NCBI GenBank assembly: GCA_051362555.1
Contig: CM120641.1
Location: 4,960,001-5,024,000, forward strand
From: Lingula anatina
Taxonomy: Eukaryota; Animalia; Brachiopoda
Direction of reading: 5' to 3'
Length of the DNA stretch: 64,000 bases
In this document: piece after piece, positions 13,379 through 24,240 of the stretch
Position numbering within the stretch: position 1 is the stretch's first letter
How the letters are laid out: each line of letters starts with the position of its first letter
Notes under the pieces: generated by a model
What the model saw: only the letters and a program-made list of their open reading frames with translations
Database searches by the model: none
Told to the model about the DNA's origin: nothing
Program-made: the position numbers and the translations under genes

Positions 13379-14223
13379 CATACATGCATACTTATATTCA
13401 TACATACACAAATATACCTTTTACTTATTTTATTTGTATCACTGATTTGGCAGCTAGAGAAGATTACCTCTAAGACTAATTAAGAGCCCTGTGTGGTTAC
13501 TGTGACATAATTACATGCAAATTACTGATGCATCCAAACAACATAAGAATTCCATAAAATATATGTATCATATCTGATATATGTATCAGACATATATATG
13601 AATACTTATCCATACAACATCTGTGTTATCATAAAGAAGAGGATGCATTATCATTATCAATGTTTTTGTAATAATTTGTGTTTAAACAAATCATTTTAAC
13701 ATTCATAATTAATTAGTGAGAAATTAGCTAGTATATAAATTATTAAAGTCATTATAATTGATATTATCAACTAATCAAGTATATTTTACTTTTAAATTGA
13801 TATACATTAACTTACACATTGTAAATAGCACAGGCAGTTATATATCCTCATCAAGTTTAGTCTCAAAAGCATCCGCACATATATATGATCCACTTTTGGT
13901 ACAGATTGACAGTGACAGTTTTTAACATTGATAATATTTTTGCATGAGGTATATATGAAGCATTCAAACAAACTCATCTCTAAAACAGTGTACATACTGT
14001 TTACTTCAGTATGTGATACTGTAGATATTAATGGATATTGAAAGCTCAACATCATACATTAAGCTCTATTTTGCAGATTTTATACATGTGGTTGAATGAC
14101 ATAATTATGCCTCTTTGTATCTTTTTGAGTTTCATATTTCAAATGTCTCAAATTTACATGTATTTCAAGAAATATGTATTTGTGCATTGTTTTTTCCCCC
14201 ATATCTTGGTTGCATTTATTAAT

Positions 14224-15146
14224 CTAATTCATCTTAAAAGATTTAAGATTTCAAGGAGTGGTCATTTTGACCTTTATAAATGTCTTCAAAATTTTGCAGT
14301 TGTAAGTTTTATCATATGTGCATTATAAAACAAACATATACAGGTAGCTACATGTATAGATTTGTACTGTATGCCCAAGCAAAGCCAATTAAGGGTCTTA
14401 TTTCCTTTCACTGGACCCTATTTTTAGTACTTCATGAGGGACTATATACTGCAGTATATATATATATGTTCTCTTTGTTTTATTTTATCCAATTATCTAT
14501 CCAGGCATTTAAGCAAGAACTTTTGATTTGCTGATAAGTACTTACAGTATAGTAGTACATACATACAGTTTTAGTACAGTACAGTACATACTGAGTACTC
14601 TGTATGATTGGTAATGTACAGTACTGTATGTGCATTTCAAGAGTTAGAAAATGAGAAACATACAAAAATATAAACAAATAAAATAAATTGACAAATTAAT
14701 AAACTTAAACAATTGAAACGATTTTTTCAAATATATGGCTAAATAAATTTATTTACAGAAAGATAATTTTGGTGTGTTTTTTTTTTTTTTTTTTTTTTTT
14801 CGGTATATTTCTGTTGAAGAAGAATGTTTGCAGAGGGCATTAATTGTAACTTAGAATTTCACAAGAGGTATATAAAATGCATTTGTAGCCAGTATGAGAG
14901 ACAGCCATGCACACTTTATAAACATTCTCTTTGTCATCCCCTGTGGGATTTGTTTCCTGACCTAATAACTGACACCGTTCAACCCCCCCCCCCCCCCCCC
15001 CAAAAAAGAAAAGAAATGATCTGATTGTATGACGCATGCGCACACGTGTTTTCCTGTACTACTTCACGTCGTACTTCACCTTGCTTGCATGATAACATTT
15101 CAGCAGGGTGACAGGTTTGTATAAGTTCTCAAATTACGCATTCTAC
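14224..15146. repeat. Copy 2 of the segmental duplication; includes the putative promoter and non-coding exon 1 of the ICME-like gene
   Basis: Homologous to 545-1450. NRF1-like GCATGCGCA and E-box CACGTG at 15030-15048; donor CAG|GTTTGT at 15115. Confidence 0.85.
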
Positions 15147-15769
15147 GTAATTGGTTGATAATTTGGTGTCATTTTTATGAAAGTTATGTAATTAACTTAT
15201 TTTATGTGGAAGTGCATCTGTGATTATTGTGGAATATAGGGGGGTCGTATTTTGTGCGTTAAACGTTTACCATAACTTGCGTAAGTGTTGCATGTAAAAT
15301 TTCATATAATAAATAGTGTTTCTTAAGTTTGACAAATTACCGTGTTTGAGTATTTATTTATCATTTTCAGGTTCGCTTGTTTCACATTTCTGTCTAAACC
15401 CACGCAGTTGTTTCGGTTCTTTATGTTGCGGTTAATGTGTTCGAGGGGACCGGTGTTCGAGATGTATTATTTACATTGCAACATAGTATCTCAATTACGG
15501 ATAAATTAGAAATAGTTTTCCATTTGAATTGCAAAATCATGTGAAATGCGTATATTTAATTGTTGTCCTTGGCCTCTGTTTACCTGATAATTAAATATGA
15601 ATACTCAGATGATGAAATTGTGCACTTTTTTGCACACTCATGCAGTCTGGTGTCTACATGAACACTTCATTTATTATGGTCAAGTAAATCATGCTAAAAG
15701 CCGTTTCATACAGTGGTAATTTGTTTTATTTACTAAATCTTTCATGTCTTGGATACTGTACTTACAGAC

Positions 15770-18700
15770 ATGTCCCTGTCATCACAAACTGTTCTGAAAG
15801 GTGCCTTGCTGGCAGTCTCTCTGTTTGGTGCAGTGCCCTATGCTGTAGCCATACTGTGTAACTTGATGTATGGCTGGCCCCAGGGGAAGAACAAGTACAG
15901 GCGGGCACTTGACCCAAAGAAAGTGTATGCAATGAATTATGCTGTATTGCAATCCCTGTCTGATGTCCGCCATGCTAAGTTGTATTTACAGTGGAACTGG
16001 TTTTACTGGACTGCAACACCAGACCAATTGGTGAAGGTATTTAATCAGACTGTTCTTATTTTCCTAAAGTGTAAAATGTTGTTTGCAATTTTTCTTGTGT
16101 TTTCTCAGAATTCTTTCTCAACAGCAAAAATGATACCAGTCATAGTTTCATTTCAAACTATTTGTTTGATATAATAATAATGTTTACTACTACAACCTTT
16201 GGTAGATTTTCTGCAAATGGTAAACTTTTATAGGAACTGCATATATGCATGTAACCTTTCTGTATTCATAAACATATTTCGTTAATACTGCATGTATATG
16301 AAAATGAACAAGTCGATAAGAGCTCTCCACATTAAGTTCTGGCTCATATCCTTATCACTATATTACTGTTTTCACTCCCCAGGAAATTCACTTTGGAAGT
16401 AGCGACACCAAGCTTGACCTTTATTATCCAAGCAAAGGAAAGGCAGCCATAGATAGCCCGTGCCCTGTGGTAGTGTTTGTATATGGAGGGGCCTGGAGCT
16501 CTGGGAGCAAGAACATGTATGGGCTTCTGTGTTCACAAATAGCAGACAAGTTGAATGCTTTAGTACTGGCACCAGATTATTCCAAGTATCCCAAGGTGAA
16601 TGAGTATATTTTTAATAGGAGTTATTTATAAACACAAAGAAGTTAATGTGATTGCTCAGAAATTCTTGACTTTCTAATTTCTTCATAAACCACTCTTTTG
16701 AGTGCTTATATTCTATTGTTTCATATGAATCCTGATGTTTTTGTTCAGATTAATATCTTTGTTATCTCAACAGTTTTGATATTAACTTGTTATTAGACAC
16801 TGATTACATGAATTCATTCATTCTAGGGTTATGCAGATGATATGATGCAAGATATAGTTGACTGTTTAGCTTGGATACAAGAAAATATAGAAAATTACAA
16901 AGGAAACAAGGTATAACTTTATTTCAAGTGCTTCCACTTTAGCGCATCAGATGTATTTGTTTGCAGTGTGAATTTGATTTTTAGTCAAAATCACTATAAA
17001 ATATATCATATACAGGGTAGAGCCTGAATAAAAGTATCAACAAATTTGGCTGGCGGAATTAATTAGTTTAAAGTACTCACAAATAACAAGTTTGATCATT
17101 TTCAGGCGAAAAAAAAACACTATTTTAATACCTTTTATTTCCACATTTTTTCACCACTGGCTTTTAGCAAAGAGAATGCTTACATGCACAATTCATTATT
17201 TTAAAAGGATATGTGGTGCCTTTACATGCTACCCAAAAAGAAAATGGGAAGATTTCAGCAACATGTGAATGTGGTTTCGGCAATCAATTTTCTTATGATT
17301 TACTACCTATTTAGAAACTCCTGAATTACATTTCTTTCAGACATTTCATTGTTTCAGTTCCTTATGTTGAGGTAAATTCTTTACTTCAGGATCAAGTTTT
17401 GTTAATAGGCCATTCAGCAGGTGCACATCTATGTTTTATGTCCATATTTGAACTCTTGTTACGCTGCCAAAGTGAAGAGTCGCCACCCATATCTCCCAGT
17501 GCTGCCATGCGACAACTGTCTTCATCATCAGGAAATGGAATCAGGTTTGAAGAGAAATATTTTGACGGGAGTAATGGTGACAGCAGTGACAATAACAAAC
17601 CTGATGACAGTGAACAATGTGCAGACAACTCTGGCTCCTTTTTGTTAGTTGAAGGAGAACAGAAAAATGAACAGAGCATGGATGAATCCCAAAACTTGAG
17701 ATCCTTAGTTGAAAGTGTGGTTACGGATAATGCCACAGCATCTGGAGAGAAAGAAGATAGTGAACAACCTGAAAGTAAATCTACAGGCTCAATATATTTT
17801 GTAAAGGAAGAGGACTTGCAAGATGAGCCTGTATTATCTAGAAGAGTGCATTTGAAGGAAGAGGCTGGTGGCATACCTGTGGAGGAACAAATGTTTTTAT
17901 CAGAAAGCAAAATGGAAAGAAGCTCATCAGTTGCTGCATCTTTTCTTGGTTCAGTCAAGGCAATCATTGGTAATTTGATTTTTGTTAGTTTAATATAATG
18001 ATGGTATAGAACAATTTTAAAACATTTAGGTATAATTGTAAAGAAATTTTGAGAATGATATTCATACCTCATAGTAATTATGCTTTGAAGACTCAATGGT
18101 GTACTAGTATTCCAAAAGAAATTGATTCAAAACAAAATTGAAATTCAAAATTTAATCCAAAGCTGGCAGTTTCAATGAACACATTTTTTCCCAGGATTAG
18201 CAGGAGTTTACTCTATCAGTGATCACTTTGATCATGAGTACTATAGAGGTGTGGAGGACATATCTGCTATGGCAAGAGCCATGTATGGACCTAACCACTT
18301 TGACAGACTATCTCCTACACTAACTGTGAGCCAATTTAAACATGGTGCAAGGTATGTGTTAATATATCTCTTAGATTAACAGTGCTGAGACACTTGGGAT
18401 ACTGACGCTGCCAGTTTGGAACCAGGGCATCATCCAAGTACCCTGAGTTTTAGATCCAACGTTGGCCAGTTTGTTCACTTTTGAGTTAACTTGTATGTAA
18501 CAAGCATTATACTGTGTATATATATATATATATATATATCAGTCATTTGATACTTGCAAAGAAAATTTGCAAGTATATTGCTTGTTAAAAATCTTAGCGA
18601 AAGGTTGGTTTTGGCATCTTTTTATATATGTGTCTGTGCATTTCCAGTTTACCAATGGCAGTGTTGGTGCATGGGGATGCTGACACCATTGTTCCAGTAT

Positions 18701-18897
18701 CGTCTTCAACAAAATTTGCCGATGCCATGTCACAGCTCTCTGGAAGTGATGTGACTGTCCATGTAATTCCTAAATGCAACCATACAGATGTAGTCTTGGA
18801 TCTGATGGTGCCTGACAGAAAATATTACAACACCATCATGACCATTATTGTGGAGACTGCAGAACAAGCATTTCAGACGAGGGCTGTTAGCCAATAA
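15770..18897 (+). CDS. Alpha/beta hydrolase, isoprenylcysteine alpha-carbonyl methylesterase (ICME/PCME)-like, ~516 aa, 6 exons (15770-16036, 16383-16595, 16827-16910, 17390-17969, 18195-18351, 18648-18897)
   Basis: LDLYYP; PVVVFVYGGAWSSG oxyanion motif; GHSAG nucleophile; GLAGVY; HGDADTIVP (Asp); CNHTD (His). Splice phases are consistent. Confidence 0.88.
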
Positions 18898-20079
18898 TTA
18901 GCTAGACTAGATGAAACTAAAAACACACAGAAACATATTCAACTATTGACAGGTAGATTTAGTATTTGGCTGTGTTCACAAGAAGGTCCTGTTAATGGGG
19001 ACAGCTGCTGTTTGATTACAATTTAGACTGCTGGTGTAATAGAGACCAAACCACTCCTGGTCTGTTGGTGAGAGAGGAGTCTTTTTTTCTTGTTGTTGTT
19101 GTTGTTCATTTTCACATGCACCTTTTTTTAGGATCACTCCAATAATTTCAGATTCCAAGTCAAAAGAACTTGTACTCATATCCATTTGCAAGTTCAATAA
19201 CAAGGATCAAAGGTTTTGATGTTGCTGTTATGCTTAGTACCTAGTGTTTTTTATACTTAAATGATAAATTATGAAAAATGGTATGTGAACTGGTCTAACG
19301 TAAGGTAGTTTAAATATCTTGTTAAATTCCAGATGGGCTTTGAAAGTGAAATGTTGGATAATTTTTTGGATAATTAAAAAAACATCTAAGTTGCTAATGC
19401 CTACCATGTGTTTTAGATGATTATGTTGTGAGCAGGAAATGTTCCTGAGGTATACGTGATTGCATTTTTGTTTGTTTATTATGTGTGATTGGCTGACAGA
19501 AGCCAGAGAAGATTGTCATTCCATGTGATGGATGTAAAATAAATTATTGTTAATATTATTATCATTTCACATTTGCAGTATTTCACAGGTCATCTGAAAG
19601 GACTAGGCCTACTACACTAGTGAGGAATTATTAAAATTATTTACTAGTAATATATTTTTACCTATGCCTGAAGCAAAAGTTTAAATTTGGATGTTATTTC
19701 AACAGCAAGTTTTTTTCTGAATTACGAAAAATAGCTTCATCATAATTTTACATGTTCAATCCTGCTTTGGTATACGTACCTGTATGTGGACGAGGTAAAC
19801 GTGTCAGTGCAAACCTGGCGGTGTGTGATTGTAAAACCAAAGTTCCTTTTTTGGGGCGATTTTATAAACTGAACTGGCAATCGCCTAAGTCAAATGACAA
19901 AAAAGTCATGAAAACTCATTACAAACATATGTTCATACTTGGAACTCGTTAAAATACGTTCCATGTGTAAAATCACAATGAGAGATGGCGGGAATTTCCG
20001 TAGGTGCACACTGTACGCTAGCTGCAAAAGAACGGGTTTGATACATGGGGGCCAGTACACTGTACACACTCGATAGAAC

Positions 20080-20211
20080 TACCCTCTACCAGGGTGGCAG
20101 ATTATATAGGGAAAAACGGAAAAATTGACACAGAGCCAAATAACTCTATTTATCTAGAGACATATCTGTGAATACCCGTGAAAAATCAATGTGTCGCCCT
20201 GGTAGAGGGTA
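20080..20211. mobile_element. Tc1/mariner-type MITE (TA target)
   Basis: TACCCTCTACCAGGG (20080) / CCCTGGTAGAGGGTA (ends 20211): perfect 15-bp inverted repeat including the TA. Confidence 0.75.
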
Positions 20212-20727
20212 TGATAAAACAACGATGAAAATTATCAACTTAAAGCCGACCCTCCATCACTCGAGTGCCAAATTCAAAAATAAGCTATGCCATTTAAAAC
20301 GACTGATTTCATTATATTTACAAGAAAGCAACAAGCATTTGGTATAAGCACAGGCCATCTGCTACTAGATGGATTTTATCTGTAAGTCAAAGCTCTGCCT
20401 ACTGCCCTTTCCAATACTTTGTGTACGACCTGGTTATAAAATTAGCTACAGCAACCCTGGTCTAGTAGACAAAACGATCACTAATGCGCGTGAATCAGCC
20501 TTCAACTGATATGGTCATATGTATTATTTCTCTATTTGAAGGACATCAACGCTAATCTAATCTAATCTAATGTAGGCCCTAATATATTACAATAGATATT
20601 GCGCTTGTCACATTTCTTTACTTCAATTTTTCAGTTTCAATTTTGTTTATAATATAACCCACTTTACCAATCACTTGGTGTCCAATTGAACTAACAACGG
20701 GGTGTCATAGGAAAGCCAATGGACTTA

Positions 20728-20761
20728 GTAGCATCAAGGAGTTATAACTCCTTGGTAGCAT
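20728..20761. mobile_element. 20-bp perfect palindrome flanked by a 7-bp direct repeat (micro-transposon or footprint)
   Basis: GTAGCAT-CAAGGAGTTATAACTCCTTG-GTAGCAT. Confidence 0.65.
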
Positions 20762-21773
20762 CAACGTTTGACCAATGTTGTAAACCTATATTGGTGCGTT
20801 TCACGCACCTCAAACGAATTATTTTAGTCCAGCGCTTCATGGCATGATCGTATTCCACATTTCAAATTCTCTTATAGAGAAAAAAAAATATGCTGACTGG
20901 GGTATCGTGCTTTTCATGTGCATGTAGCAGATCTGGAAAATGAATTTAACTATTTCAAATACTTGACGCATTTTAAATTTGCAAGGTTGTTAAATATGGG
21001 TATTTAAATATTTTTGGTCGCCGTCCATTAATATTGTATTTTTCATACGGTAAATCTGTGTTTTGCAGCATCCAAAATAAAGATCGCTTTATCTTATCGA
21101 TATAGGTCTACCTGCAGTAGTACCTGCGCTGTTCGTTAAGGGACCATTTTATAAGGAACACAAGTTTTAGTACTTAACCTTACTTCCAGCCCAAGTGCGA
21201 CATTTTTTATTTGCATCGCAAGAGTTTAAACATAAATTATATATGGGGCACATTCTACACATAAAAGACGCGTTAGCAAAACTCAATGTTTTGATGAAGT
21301 GGGTGAGAAGGCTTGGTTGAGCCTATTGAACAAATATAATGCGGGTCACCTGACGCGTAGATTGACACAGTGGGACTCGATGAATGCCTCGTCCGTCAAG
21401 CGCCATGTTGTACCTGTATTAGGCTTATTACAGTGGGTCGCACCAGGTTTGATTACGTTTTTGTATGTTATACGTATCATACCGTGGCACTGATGAAGCT
21501 CCAAAGTTGGGCAGACGACTTAAACAATTTAACATTTTAACATATGTAACTTTTAGAAATTTGACAGAAAGGAAGAGGCTAAGTGAAATAGCGAAGGATA
21601 GGACCTAACTTGTTGCTACTGTGCTCGTATATACAGGGCCTCGCTAGATATCCTTGTAGCTGTGCATCAAGTTTACGGTCGCAAGTCGGACGATGCAAGT
21701 GGTCTCCAGGCTGCTCAAAAACTGCTTAAACAGTTAAATTTTTGTTGTAAAATACTAAAGGAATTTTGACACA

Positions 21774-22539
21774 ATGGGAAAAGGAGTGGATCCACACCCA
21801 ACAGACACTAAACTGGACGAAATCGTCATTTTTGAGAAGAGTCGCTGCGACGAAACCATTGCGAAATTTAAAAGCTACATTTAACCATTCACGACTAGAC
21901 GAGTCACACGATGCAACTGGCGGCGCACTAGATATATCTGAGGATATAGAAATAGATTGTGAATATACACCAGCAAACAGTGACGAGATAGTAGGAGATA
22001 AGAAAAGTTCCACTGACGCGGGCCATGCTCACATAACTACATTGGAAACGTCGCTGGAATCAGATTTGGATAAAGAGGGTGATACAAGTATGGTTGAAAA
22101 ACTGTTCTCTCTTTCTCTCACTGGGAAGAGAAAATATGGAAAACTAGAGGAGGGCAATGCAAAAGATGGTTCAATTCCAATTAAAAACAAAAAGGGGTGG
22201 AAAAGGAAATCCAAAAAGAGAGTGAAAAAGGTGAATGATTTGTTTTTGATAATTTATAAATATACTTTATGGGACTTAAATATATTAAAATGCAGAAGCT
22301 ACGTATTACAAATACTATTTTTTGTATTATGTACTTTAACATTTTTTGTATTAGAATGAACTCACTGATAAATAATCCTTAGTATATTTGACTATTCTTT
22401 TTTTCAGCTTGGCAAGCGTATGAAGCGGGTAGCCGTGTTGTCCTGGAAGGGTTTGGTCACGTCGTTTTCTACCATGCCATCGTTCACTGCTTTTTTCCCA
22501 AATAATACATCCTACACGACAAGTGCCTTCAGAAAATAA
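21774..22539 (+). CDS. Orphan two-exon gene (exon to 22230; exon 22408-22539): acidic segment, Lys/Arg-rich segment and hydrophobic tail; start uncertain
   Basis: Open frame 21751-22230; donor AAG|GTGAAT; acceptor TTTTTTCAG|; phase-0 junction gives ...KRVKK|LGKRMKRVAVLSWKGLVTSF...AFRK*. The first in-frame ATG is at 22090; the ATG at 21774 is out of frame by one nucleotide. Confidence 0.5.
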
Positions 22540-24240
22540 TTCTCCGTGAAAAGATCTAAAAAAAAAAAATGCGTGCATATATTTTGTTTATTCAAAAGGA
22601 GCTTACTTTGAATAATGCGTACTTTACATTGATGAGCCATTTATATTCCGTGTGTCTCGCTCTGCTTGCGAAACTGAACTATTTGACATTTGATCTCAAG
22701 TAAATCTCTTCACAAAAAAGTAGATATACATAAACGTATATGTACACACACACGACTATGGGATAAGAAAATGCTTTTTTTGTGTGTGTGTGTGTGTGTG
22801 GGGGGGGGGGGGGGTAGTGAGTTCTGAAGGACTGGAAGAAGGCTAACACTTTACACGAGAGAAAAAGAGAGAGATTGCAAGCCTGAAACAGTGGACGCTG
22901 ATCCAGTTTACCAATAACTTTATTGTTATCCAAGAGAGCCAAGTTTAACGAAACTCAATTTATCAGTTTGAAAAACAAAGGACAAGATCTGATATCAAGT
23001 TGTTTTTGTTGCGTCAGTTTACGTTCATGCTATGTAAAGAGATAAAAACACTTAGAATAATGATAGAACCACCGTTTCTAAAGAATGCATAACACATTTT
23101 ATTTGAGTTAAAATAAAGTGTTTCACAAAACTGAGCATTAGTTGTACCCCAAAACCATTTACAGAAAATACAATGTAGACTAATGAAATAATGTATCGAC
23201 TTAGACAAAAGCTCGAAGTTGAAACGACTAGAATACATACAGTCACGTAGCTCGTGTATTAATGTCTCAAAATATTTGAAATATCAACTAGTTGTACATA
23301 ACATCAAAAAACATATTAGTAAATGTATATATATATAATGCTGACAGGCATTGATAAAGGCAGCCTGTATGACAAGTTCAATAGAAAAGTAAACAGCTTG
23401 CATAGAAATGTTTGCACAAGTCAAATATTACTAGGTCATATATACATGTAGATAACGGTTTGGACTACAAAGTTGACAACAATGAAATATAAAGGGCTTG
23501 CAAATGAAAATACATCATAAAATGGAACTAATAATATAAAATGTGAAAGAGTTATCCGTTTTTGTGCATTAAATACTGCCTAATCTACCAGAAAAAATCA
23601 ATTTTCTGACAAAAATTTTGTTGTGCAAATTTAATCTGATGACTTTTGATAGATTACCCATATAAATATAATAGTACTTAATAAATTGAAAAAAAAAATG
23701 CAAATGTCACTGATTGCAAGTTATAGTTTCATTAATTATATATATAAATCAGCTACTGAAAAACGCAATACTGCATCAAAACAATGAAAAAATGTGTCCT
23801 GAAAGAAAAAACTTTTTGATTTTCTATACATGCTGTCAAACACTGATAAAGGACCTTATTGTATTATGATCACTTTAAATAAATATCATACATTAATCTC
23901 ATTTTACACAAAACAAAAATATATATAGAAACTAAAAATATTTGCACAAATTAAAGAAAACAAATCAAATTGCAAAAGTCATTTCATAATATGCCACAAA
24001 ATAATCACATTGCATTTGTTCGATTTTTAAGTACAGAGTTAAATATCTTGTAATAATTTGTAATCTCCATATTATTAATGCTGACTATAAAAGCTTTCAT
24101 GTGCTTTTTGAATGGGAAGACTGTTAATGCTGTTTTATATTCTTGAATGAGTAGGATTAGTTGTCAGTTAACAAGGCAGCCCTGGCACGTCCAATCTTTC
24201 AACAAGGCCATGCTGTAAATTGGTATCTGACTTGTTCACA

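Noticed and set aside
16346-16353. ATATCCTT, a U12 AT-AC donor-like motif
   Set aside because: It lies near the 3' end of a normal GT-AG intron whose splicing already preserves the frame, and no exon ends there.
17392-18096. 234-aa antisense ORF
   Set aside because: Shadow of the large ICME-like exon 4; no independent motifs.
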